Notes: generated by a model not told the origin, from the letters alone. A DNA stretch of 64,000 bases from Oikopleura dioica (GCA_907165135.1 OU015568.1:10106001-10170000); one strand, 5' to 3'. Numbered from the stretch's first letter, positions 1-10,418 are shown. A program made the numbers and translations.

Positions 1-840
1 AACACAAGAATCCGCCAGGAATACTTCGCGCAGAAAGAACGAGAAGAACGAGAGGCCAAGCGACGCCTGGAGACTCAACAGAAGCTGCTCGAAAAAGCCG
101 ACAAAGCCGCAGAAGCCGCCACCGGAGAAGACAAGCCACTCAGATCCCCTCGCATCAGCATCTTCCAAGTGGCCGAAACCGGAGAGCGTGGAAACTACTA
201 CTACCTCACAAAGAAACAAGGAAAGGGAAAAACTTTAAAACTCTAAATTATAAAGAAAGACTAATAGCCTCCAAAAACAATAAAGTTTAACCCTTGAAAA
301 AGCCAAGCTCATGGACAAAGCCGCCATTCGAGAAGCACTCAACCATCGACGAAGCGAAAACGACAAGCTCAGCGCGGAAGAGCGACAAGCAGCAAAGGAA
401 GCCTGGTTCAGCAGCCTCAGCTTCGAGAAGTTCTCCAACTCGCAGAAGCCTGACCACAAGTTCGCCAAGTACCACCGACCAAGCGGCTGGCGAATCAAGG
501 ACGAGCCACCCTTCAACGCCTCCAGCCTCATCCGCAAGCACGAGATCCGGATGTGCCATTATATCTTTGAATTCGTCAATTATCGAGGCATCAAGCGGCG
601 ATTCAAAGAAGCTTACGGTAAGTCAACAAGCCTTGGAAATTTCCTCAGAAATAACACTTAATTTTAGATGCCGGCCTCATCGACCCTCAGCGTCTGGACA
701 TCCTCATGGTCTTCACGATGAAGATCGTCGGCGGGAAGCTAGTCAAGTTCATCCGCCACATGTTCGTCCGATGCTTCCACGACCACAACATCCAGCTGCC
801 AGGCATCAACATCGAAGCAGCACCATCAGCCGACTACTAA
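1..840 (+). CDS. Element ORF-A (5'-partial, unknown function); inferred exons <1-220, 303-617, 668-840
   Basis: Three open segments join in frame via an inferred GA-AG intron (221-302) and a GTAAGT..TTTTAG intron (618-667); ends ..AAPSADY* at 840. Confidence 0.6.
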
Positions 841-1130
841 AGCAGCCAAAGCAGCAAAAGCATCTACAGACAGAAATTGTCTACTTTCTGAAATCTGCCT
901 CAGATTTTTAGCATCCTTTTTATCCTTTACTCATTGAAAAAAAAAAAACTCTTTTCCTTTCATTGGCAAAAGCCAGCTGTTCCAGAATAAATAAGCAAGT
1001 CTCACTAGAAGACAAATGCCTTTTCTTTTCCAAAAAAAAAAAGAAATATAATAATAAGCAGCTTTATTACAAAACAAAGTTTCAAGAAGCAGTAATTTTA
1101 GAAGCCGAATAACGTACCCTAGTTTCGGAA

Positions 1131-2708
1131 ATGGAAGCAGCAAAGGACTCAGAAGCAGCTGAGTTTCAAATGCCTTCAGCTTCAGGAAAAGGCTACTTAG
1201 CATCGGTTATAATAGAATCCTTTATAGGAGATAATTTTGAAATTAGGACTGATTCTAGTTTTTGCATTTCATCAGTTTCTTCAAAACCCGAGCGGCAAAA
1301 CTCAAAAGAGACCCAACCTCATAAAACTTCGGGTTATGATTTTTTTTTTTTTTTGATAGAAAAGGAAAATATAATAAACAAAGCCTCAAACTTAGAAGAA
1401 TCTCTTGACAGCAATGCCTCCATTGGTTCCGATAAAGACCTCGAAGCAACCAATGATGAGCCCCCTCTTGAGGCTCACGTCGCGGACACGACAGCCAGGA
1501 AATCCAGCCTCAAGCTAGAAATCCTCAAAAGTCTGGTCTGGGACATTCAAAATAGCCTCAACACAAATGCTGCGGTACCACCCAAAAGAATCGCTTGCTA
1601 CGGTGACACAGTGGCAGAAAAAATGACAAATCTAGTCAAAGAAGCCACCAAAATAATTTCCGAGTCTCAAGAAGCATCGAATCAGGTGCGAAAAATCCTG
1701 GCCCAAATGGAAGAAGAAGATACCGAAGCAGCTGAAACGATAGAAGCCTTCCAAACAATAGCGATCATCTCGCACAGCATCTCAATTAAGATAAATCGCC
1801 GACTCGCTTCAACAAACAAAATCGAAATCGAAGAAGGCCAAAGCATGCTGCAGAATAAGGTGCGGCCGGTGGTAGAAAACCTGATGAAGCAAGTCCACAA
1901 GTCTCAAGTCTTCTGCTCGAAGGAGCTAGTATTCTGGGCAAAAATGATGGAGCCCACGGAACAAGATTCAGTCGACAAAGAAGAATTCATCAAACTGGAA
2001 GAAGCTGTCATTTGGATTCTGGAAAAACTCTGGGGCAATTCAGCCACAGCAATCCTCAGAATGGCTCTTGCGAAATGCGAGAAAATCCCAGAAATAGCCT
2101 CTAAAACATCCCCAAGATTCGTCATGTTCGCCCACATCTGGAACATAAGATTCAAGCAGATACTTAGAAGACAGGAAAATGAAAGAGAAGCATCCTTTGC
2201 TAACGAGCAGCAATTAGCAGCAGCTATCACGAAGGCACTCTTTGGAGACATACTTTTCCAAATCACCAACACCCGCTGCATCTTCCCAAGGCTGCTAGCA
2301 AGCGCGGCGAGATCAGCGTGGACGCATCTCAACATCATGTTGGGCGAATCAAACCCACTCAGCAGCAGCCTGAAAGTCTTCCTAATAAACATCGATTCCA
2401 ACCCAAACTTCACGGCCTGGGAAGCGATTCTATCGCTAAGAAAAATTTGGCCTAATCGCTCAAACATCCCCGAGGCAGAATACAGGATCCTTAATCTGGG
2501 CGGGATCGATGATAGGATCGAATTAGGCATCGAGGTTCCAGCATCTTTGAACGGAACAACATACGAGAAGCTATTCTGGCGCATTCCGATTCCACGAAGC
2601 TACGAGAACAATGGATTCCAGCGTCAAAGAAAGAGAAAGAGAGAAGAAAACGAAGAAGCCGCCATCATGGACGAACATCAAGACGGAAATGACGGCTTTA
2701 GCAGCTAA
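1131..2708 (+). CDS. Element ORF-B, 525 aa, unknown function (true 5' end uncertain)
   Basis: Long ORF with element-like codon bias, a predicted helical middle and a basic RQRKRKRE motif at the C-terminus; overlaps the start of pol. Confidence 0.65.
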   Translation: MEAAKDSEAAEFQMPSASGKGYLASVIIESFIGDNFEIRTDSSFCISSVSSKPERQNSKETQPHKTSGYDFFFFLIEKENIINKASNLEESLDSNASIGSDKDLEATNDEPPLEAHVADTTARKSSLKLEILKSLVWDIQNSLNTNAAVPPKRIACYGDTVAEKMTNLVKEATKIISESQEASNQVRKILAQMEEEDTEAAETIEAFQTIAIISHSISIKINRRLASTNKIEIEEGQSMLQNKVRPVVENLMKQVHKSQVFCSKELVFWAKMMEPTEQDSVDKEEFIKLEEAVIWILEKLWGNSATAILRMALAKCEKIPEIASKTSPRFVMFAHIWNIRFKQILRRQENEREASFANEQQLAAAITKALFGDILFQITNTRCIFPRLLASAARSAWTHLNIMLGESNPLSSSLKVFLINIDSNPNFTAWEAILSLRKIWPNRSNIPEAEYRILNLGGIDDRIELGIEVPASLNGTTYEKLFWRIPIPRSYENNGFQRQRKRKREENEEAAIMDEHQDGNDGFSS

Positions 2709-5141
2709 AGGCACTTTCGAAAAAATCAACCTCAACATCATCACACCCGTCACAATTATAGAATCACCCCATAAAGGACCAAGGTCACTCCAGGAATGGA
2801 AATTATACGAATCAAAGCTGCTACATAGAGTCCTCGACGTCTTGAACAATCGAGAAAAACCGGACTGGTCCACCTTATTTTTCAAAAAGGAATCAGACTT
2901 TGTCGCGGGAATCTGGACACACAACAAAGATAACTGGCGTGCACTCATCCAGCAGATGCCAGAGAAAATAAAGCCGCTCATCTATCACTTCGTGATGAAT
3001 GGAGCCGACCTTTTCTAAATTTGAAGCCGATCCCCCACACGAAGCCAGTTGAATTCAAGAAAAAGAAGCTGGTAACGAGATGGAAGAGGAATCATGCGAA
3101 CTCAGAAGCACTGAAGAAGCTGGGCGGCAATCATAAAACCTGGTACAACGGTCGCCTGCGGCTGTCGAAATTTGTGCCAAAACCTTACGAAAAAATTGGA
3201 AAAAGATTCAAGAAGCTTCAAGTCGCTAGTCAAGAAGCAGTCAGAGAAAGAAACGACGAAATCGTGGACCAAATCACAAAATGGTGCAGAATGGGATCAA
3301 TTTCCAGACTCTCGGAAGCATCAACGAACTGCTGGCTTCAATCAGGCTTTATCCTGGTAGATAAACCGGGCAGGGAGACAAGAGTATGCCTCAATGGAGG
3401 AATCCTAAAGCCGCTACAGCTGTACACGTTTCCATGCAAGCTAGAAGCAGTGGGGACGGCAATTCAGATGCTCAAGAAAGGAGATCTGCTCTACAAGTTC
3501 GATGACAAAAAAGGTAATTATTGGAAAAAGAAGATTACCTAGCGCCGATATTCAGGTTTCCATCAGCTGCCACTCTCCGAGGAGAGTAGAAAAATGGCAT
3601 GCTTCGAATGGGGAGGCCAAAGATTTAGAAACAACATCCTGGCATTCGGACTCCCGGCAGCTCCAGGCATCTACCAATTAATGAATCTCTGCGGCGTAAA
3701 TTTCCTGCGGAAAAATGGCATCAAAATCACGCTCTACTTGGACGATAGACTCCTAATCGTCACACCAGCATCAGATAAAGAAAGAAAGCAGCTCCTGGAA
3801 GGGAAACAAACCAGCAGAGAAGTCTGGGCAACAGCAGCAACTCTAGTAGCTCTGGGCGGCTACGTAAACATCGAAAAGAGTACCTTTCTACCGACTCAGC
3901 GAATAGAATTCCTCGGCTTCATTCTTGACACAGTCAAGGAAACAGTGGAAATCCCGCCGCAAAGATGGAACGCGCTAATTTCACTGATGAACGAGGCCCT
4001 GGAAAAGCAGCTAGTGGAAATGAAGCTGCTAGAAAGAATCAGGGGAACAATGGCAAGTATGGCGGAGGTTTTTCCCAACATGAGGCTTCTCATAAGACAG
4101 ACGACGCTTCTGATAAAGCAGGCCGACAACAAGAACCAAGAGAAGATCCAGCTCACGCGCCAAATCAAGGCGGAATGGAACAGGTGGCGGAAGCTAGAAG
4201 AAAAGGGCCTCTCAAGAATCTGGACGCAGCACAGCCGCCAAGACACGGGTATAATCATTTACACCGACGCGTCATCACATGCAGGGGCAATAGTAATCGA
4301 ACAATGGGCGCTCGAAGAAAAATTCGCCTGGGACGAGGAAGCGGCCGATAAACACATATGCATCAAAGAAGCACTGGCGATCCTCTACGCCGTGGAATGG
4401 TACGGCCCAAAGCTCGAAAACAAACGAGTTCTTTTCCTCTGCGACAACGACTCAGTAGTCCAGGGAATAATCGCAGGAAGTAAAGACCTAGAAATGAACG
4501 ACATCCTGGTCAGAATCTGGGAAGCAGCACAAAAATTCAGCATCGACCTGAAATGCGACTGGGTTAGCACCAAAAAGCAGCTAGCAGATGCGCCGTCAAG
4601 AATCATCGACTCAAGAGAGCAGCGCCTTACGGCCAACGGCTTCGCATATCTTCAATCTCATCTCTCAGAAGCGCTTGATGTCGACGTGGCAGCAACGGTA
4701 AGCAAAAAAAAGAGAGAGCGCAAACGCGTCATTAAAAATAAAACCAAAAGGCGAAGAGAGAAAAACCAGATTTTTCAGATTCTTAATACGAAATGCAAAG
4801 ATTTCATAAGCCGCAGAGAATCACAAGGAGCCATCGGGGCAGATTTCCTCAGCTTCCCGATCCACAAACTAATAGGAAAGAATCTATACGCTTTCCCTCC
4901 GCAAGCAGTCGTTTACAGATTCTTCAAGAGGCTGTTGGAAATCCCAACACCCTGGGTGCTTCTGGTGGCAATCTACGAAGCTGAGATTCCAGTCATCACA
5001 GCAGCCAGATCTAAAGGTTTAAGAATCTTTGATCTTCCAGCAGATTCCATCCTCACCCCCACAAAAGTCAAAACAGCATCCGGATACTGGAAAACAGCAT
5101 CAAACATCTCAACTGTAAAAGCTATATCGTACAGACTCTAA
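2689..5141 (+). CDS. pol: reverse transcriptase + RNase H + DIRS-type methyltransferase-like domain; introns 3514-3555 and 4698-4778; frame break at ~3012-3020
   Basis: DIRS-like N-terminus FVAGIW..NW..I..FVMNG; splicing rebuilds KFDDKK/GFHQ; FGLPAAP; YLDD; RNase H motifs; splicing rebuilds DVDVAAT/ILNTKCKDFISR followed by YAFPP. Confidence 0.9.
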
Positions 5142-5263
5142 AAAATAAGCTGCTCTGATTACTATAATTTCCATCCAAAATCTAAAATTTGTTTTTTCTT
5201 TTCGTACAAAAGTCGATGCTAAAAAGAAGCCCCTTTTTTCAGAATCGAGCCAAAGCAGCTAGA

Positions 5264-6511
5264 ATGGCAGAACGCCAAAATGTGTTGTCCATGGTGAAAG
5301 AGCACCTAGCATCAACGCAGCACGATACGAAGACAAGAGCGGCCCGTTTCGCCATCACGCAAGCTGACTACGAGGCCGAAAAAACAGCTCCAGAGACCTC
5401 GGGCGATATCAAACGGCTGCAACTTGAAATCGACGATATCCGCGGCGACCTGGCAATGCACGATTCTATCACCGATGAACTCATCGTAAGCCAACGAGTC
5501 TTATTTTATCATATAAATTTACAAATATTATCCCAAGGCCGAGATGAAGACGCTCGCAGAAAACCGCGAAAGAAGCATCGCCATTAAAGCTGCTGAACCT
5601 AACGCAAGGAAGCGTTCAGCAGAGGACAACCAGTTCTACGACAAGAACAATCCGAAGGAGATCGGCGAAGTTCTGGAGAAGCTAAGCAGCAAGAAAATGG
5701 AACGCTACAACGCGAAATCCGGTATGCTCAAAGCCATCAAGATTCGCGAAGCAGAAATCGCCGATCTCACCTTCAAAAGAGGGGAAACAGCAGCAACTCA
5801 CAAAGAAGTCGACCCCATTACGGGCAAAATATCCTACTACAAGGTAAGTTCAAAAAAAAAGAACATGCGGCTAATCTAACACCTTTCTTACAGACCCAGG
5901 TAGCGGCCGTTGACCTCAACCAACACGAGGGCGAGAACATCGACGATATGGGCCGCTTATTCCGCCAGTTTGTCACGGACCCAAAGAAGCAACGAAGCTT
6001 CAAGGGATCCGAGCTTCTCGAGCTTCTCCGACGCTATAAAGAAGCCATGGGCCCAGAGCACTCGGCGAAGCCGGTCGTCTCAGCCATTATCGACACCCTT
6101 ATCAGAATGCCCGACATGCCAAGACGAAACGCGCTGCTCAGATGCGCATCTCTTATGACAGCTTCTACCCAGCACGATTTCGACTACATGCTTAGCATGA
6201 ACTGGACAACCCCGCACCACAAAAAGTGGATGCAAGCGGCCATGGACGGTTCAGAAGACTGGCGTCACACCGGCAAAGACGGAAGCAGCAGAAAGGGTCG
6301 CCGAGGCGGCTACAACGACTACGGAACGCACAAAAAGCAGAAGACGGAGCAAAGCAGCAGTCAGAAATCTGACAGCTCGGAGGAACAAAAGGGCAAAAGC
6401 TCAAGAGGACGCGGAAGAGGTCGTGGCCGAGGCCGTGGACGTGGCCGAGGAGGCGGAAGCAATCCCAACGGCGGCACCAAGAAGCCCCAAGACCAGGGAG
6501 GAGTCGAGTAA
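5264..6511 (+). CDS. Element ORF-C, gag-like / RNA-binding protein with RG-repeat tail; introns 5486-5537 and 5844-5893
   Basis: Three ORF-track segments join in frame through GTAAG..AG introns of 52 and 50 nt; coiled-coil-like N-terminus; C-terminal RGRGRGRGRGRGRGGG. Confidence 0.75.
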
Positions 6512-6723
6512 AAGAACAACCAAAAAAAAAAATAAGCCGCTCATAAGCCGCTCAATCATTAGATCTTTAAAAGCTGCTAATCTATTCTAAAAACAGGCCC
6601 ATGCCAAGGCGCCTCTCCTCCTTTTTCTTTTTCAAAAAAAAAAGCTTATAAACAACAAAATATTTCCGAAAGCCGCTCCAACCATCTCGGATGCAAGAGT
6701 TAACATTTTTTATCTTTTTAGAC

Positions 6724-7946
6724 ATGACATGGTTAGAATTTGAGCATCTTAAAGAAATCTGGGACGTCACAGAGGCACTCTCAAACCCTAACGAGGAAGA
6801 AAAGGATGACGAATCAATCATCCAGAATTTCCTCGACAGACTCTTAGACAAACCGAAGCTCAAAGCCTACGCCTATGGCAAAGGCGTAGTTATCATCCAG
6901 GACGTAGCAGCTGCGAAGCTCAAAAAGCCGCTCACTTCGAAGCTCAAAAGACAAATAAAGCTCTGGTGCGAACGAAGAGCAAGAGAATCGGCCAAAGAAT
7001 CCCTTCAGTACCCCAAGGTTACCAGAAATTAAAAAAAAAAGAACTAACTCTCACAACCTCATTAAGCAAGCCGAGATACTTGACGAACCGGAAGCGGTGA
7101 AGCTCTGGAAGGGGCTAATGGACACGGATAAGCCCAAGCCGCGAGAAGTAGCCATCGCCTTCTTCGTCACCTACGTCACAGGGGCAAGAATGGGGGAAGC
7201 TCTCAGCCTCAGAATCGAAGACAGAAGCATCATGAAGGAAGCCGCCAAAGAATTCTGGCGTTTCCATATTAGAAGCAGCAAGACCGACCCATTCTGTAAA
7301 CGAATGGAAACAATCAACATCCCAATGGATATAAAACACGGGGTCCCACTTGCGCAAGAACTGCGACACCTAGTCCGGGACAAAGACTCAGGTAAATCCA
7401 AAATTCACCAAAAACCATCAATGGCCACAATTTTTCTTCTAGGGCTGCTCTTCCCGCTGCTCGAAGAAAAAACCAGCATCGCAGGCGACTACCTCAGACG
7501 CTACAGCGACAAAGTAGGAATCGGCAAAAAGGTAGCGGAGTCAAAATAAAAAAAAAAAACACAACGCCGCCAGGTTTCAGCACACTCAGGCCGCGTCAGT
7601 TTCTACATCGAAGGCCGCCGAGCCGGCCAAACCCAGACAACGCTCACCCACACAATGCGCTGGGCACCGGGAAGCACGATGCCAGACTACTACGAGCGAT
7701 GCTGGCTCGAGTGCGCGGAAGACGGAGCACCAGCAGCCATCGCAGAAGCAAGAGCAGCAAAGAGACGCATCACCAACCCTGCAAGCACTCCAGTGCCCAG
7801 TGATGACGAGGAGGCCGAAGTCCCCGCCAAAAAGGTAAGAATATAGGTAAGAAAGTCGTTCAAAAACGTCCACCTAGACACGAACAGACAGCAGCCTCGG
7901 CAGCAGCAAAAACGAAAGTGCGGACACGATTCAGCACGAAAACTGA
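6724..7946 (+). CDS. Tyrosine recombinase; introns 7018-7066, 7392-7442, 7532-7573, 7835-7877
   Basis: Catalytic set GARMGE (R), RSSKTD (K), AHSGR (HxxR), MRW (W), PDYY (Y) is assembled in one frame by four GT-AG introns of 42-51 nt. Confidence 0.9.
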
Positions 7947-8005
7947 AGCCTTCAAGGTTAAAGAATCCAAAAGCTGCCTAATTTTCCTTTTTTAATCAGT
8001 TCAAA

Positions 8006-8011
8006 AATAAA
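8006..8011 (+). terminator. Putative polyadenylation signal after YR
   Basis: AATAAA ~60 nt downstream of the inferred YR stop. Confidence 0.4.
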
Positions 8012-8059
8012 AAGTAAGCCACTTTTTCCAAATGATGAGAATAACAAAAATGGTAGGGA

Positions 8060-8543
8060 GGGAATATTCCTGTTACCATATTTATTAATGCGTGATTACT
8101 ATACGAATATCGGATTCGGATTAGCAGTTGCATGGCTCGGCGAGCTCGGATTAGCAGCTAAGGAAGCAGGAGCGCCATGACCTACTTCCAGAAGCGGAAG
8201 GTGACACAGGCGTAAGAGAGCGAGTGACAAAAAGAAGCTGCAGAGAATCACGCAATTCAGTTCCAAAAATTATAGCCCTAGGCTATAATATCTATAGGGA
8301 AGGTTAAGAGAATTATTGAGAGCCTCCAAACTCGCGCAGCCGAGAATTCGAACAACTCTCAAAAAACTCACCCACCCTCCATCCCTAGAATGAAACGATA
8401 GTATGTAGGTAAAACGAGCACACGCTTACATACTACCCTCACCATAACCACGACTCTCCGAATCAGAGTCTTCCATAGTATAGTAATTGCGCGTGCTCGG
8501 GAATATTCCTGTTACCATATTTATTAATGCGTGATTACTATAC
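8060..8543 (+). repeat. Split direct repeat end: B1 (8060-8104), unique A2 candidate (8105-8498), B2 (8499-8543)
   Basis: Identical 45-mer GGGAATATTCCTGTTACCATATTTATTAATGCGTGATTACTATAC occurs twice. Confidence 0.85.
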
Positions 8544-8698
8544 TAAGTCTGAAAATATTAGGTAAAATTGGAAAAAAAAAGAATGAGAATCGGCGGCGGG
8601 AAAAATGGCTGCCGGCCAGAATGACCCCGCTCAAGCATTTTAAAAATTAGGAATTAACGACTCTGGTGTGAAATCTTCGCTCTCATTAGAAAGAGAAT

Positions 8699-9246
8699 TC
8701 CTACCGTATGTTGTAGTGAATTTCTGCTTCGTCGGCAGTTGTGGCGATTTTAGACTGAGAGTAAATCAACTGGCTGGTTTTGGAAATTGTCGGCGCCTGG
8801 ATGTAGCTGAACACGTCGAATCCGGTTACGTCTGTTGAATCTGTAGAAAGAGTCACTTCCAAGCGGTCAGAAAAATTGGCGGCGGTGAAGCTGGAAGACG
8901 AGAAAGAATCGCTGATTGTTTTGTGATTTCGTGAAAATTCAAAGACCTAGAATTATCTTCAACGTTTCCTCATGCTTTTTTGTACCTCTATGCTCGGAGA
9001 TGAGCTTGAATGAACAACCAAAACTCCTTCAATAAATCGAGCGTCCATTTCAATATGTCTGACGTCAAAATCTTCCACAAGTCTGCCGGACAGAAGCGCG
9101 AGAACAAGCGGAAGAAGCACGCATATTACAGTTGCTCCAACACGCGCTAGAAATCCCAAATCAGCGAGTAGCGGCCCCGAGTTTTCTGAGTAATAGCACT
9201 TTTTCAGATTTCGCCGCCACAGGATCATTCTTTCTGAATAAAACAA
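8699..9246 (-). CDS. TMEM231-like transition-zone membrane protein, partial
   Basis: N-terminal TM segment (LARVGATVICVLLPLVLALLSG) then an exon reading DRLEVTLSTDSTDVTGFDVFSYIQ..SQLIYSQS; resembles the TMEM231 N-half by eye; C-half not found. Confidence 0.4.
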
Positions 9247-9331
9247 AAAGTGATAACCTTAGTACCTTAGTAGGTATAATTTATACCGTATAAATCATGT
9301 ATCCGTTATTATTGAAAGAAGAATAATGTTT

Positions 9332-10418
9332 TTAATTGAACAGAAACTTGGCAATTTGATTATTTTCCCTCAGTTTATGTCTATCTGCCATATCTCGATT
9401 ATAAGCAGTGAAGAGCCCGCCAAGAATGCCCCCCAAATGACCAGCATGAGCAAAAAGACCTCTTCCTGTTTGAATTTGTCTGAATCCGAAAAACAGGGAC
9501 GTAGCGATCATTAACAGGGTCGCTTCTTTCATTGAAAAAGCCGTCGGGATGTTGTACTGACTCCCTGTCGATTCAATCAGTTGATGAGGCAGCTCCAGGA
9601 CGAGATTGAAGGGGAACATTGGCGCGATGACTTTGCGCTCGTTGTTCCACATGAAGTAGGACAAATAGCCCATGATGCCGCAAATTCCTCCAGACGCTCC
9701 TACTGCGTTTATCGTCCTGAAGCAACCGTAGAGAACGCAAAAGAATCCAGACCAAACTGCCCCGATAAGAAAAGGTTCAAGCCAATTATTAGCCTATAAA
9801 TAAATTCCCTATTTGTTTCGCTATCAGATTGTTACCTTGTTAAATCCTTGAATAAATGAATGTCCAACAAACAAATTTACCGCCATATGAAGTAAACTTA
9901 TATGACTGAAACCGGATAGAATCCAAGTTGGCCAGCCAGTAAATGCTCCTCTTAATACCGTAGCTCCAATTATTAATTTGGAGGAACAAATTACCTTGTG
10001 GCATACACTTGAAACCACCTAGACATAAGTGCGGAAGCCCCGTAATGCCAGCCAAGATAGACTCCTAAACACGAGCCGGCGAGGGCGTACCAGGCGATTC
10101 TAGCGTCTCCCAGGGAGATCTTGTTCTCCCTTAGCCATTTAAATCCTTCTGTAAGACCGATAGTTGCGAGAATGAACGGAGCAAAACCATGGAGAAGATA
10201 ATGACCAACAGGAAAAGCTGCGTTTTGGTTATTATTTCTTTGCGTACCTCGGCGAAATCTCACTAATAATTTCGAATATTTTACATGCAAAAACGAAACC
10301 TGCCTGAAACGAGATTCTGCTGAGTCCATTTTTGACTAACACTAGTTCTAGTTCCTTTTTGAAGAAGAGAAAGACAACGCACAGGTCTGGAGCAATACCG
10401 AAGTGATTGAAGAAGCAT
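9332..10418 (-). CDS. PARL: Mitochondrial rhomboid protease, PARL-like (multi-exon)
   Basis: FSHISLLHMAVN, AVGASGG (catalytic Ser) and AHAGHLGG (catalytic His); Arg-rich N-terminus MLLQSLRYCSRPVR. Confidence 0.75.

Larger units (their letters stand above)
1..8543 (+). mobile_element. Tyrosine-recombinase retrotransposon (DIRS/PAT-like), 5' end outside window, intron-containing
   Basis: RT (YLDD), RNase H (TDAS..E..DN..ADAPSR), MT-like domain (YAFPP) and YR (R-K-HxxR-W-Y) are all on the + strand; a 45-bp direct repeat at 8060-8104 and 8499-8543 closes the 3' end; A-rich strand bias is uniform. Confidence 0.9.

Noticed and set aside
294-911. 205-aa Ser-rich ORF overlapping ORF-A
   Set aside because: The alternative spliced frame (303-617 + 668-840) explains the region with proper splice sites; the 205-aa frame reads through the intron and is low-complexity
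1904-2584. 226-aa antisense ORF to ORF-B
   Set aside because: Most likely a shadow of the coding-strand codon bias; no independent motif
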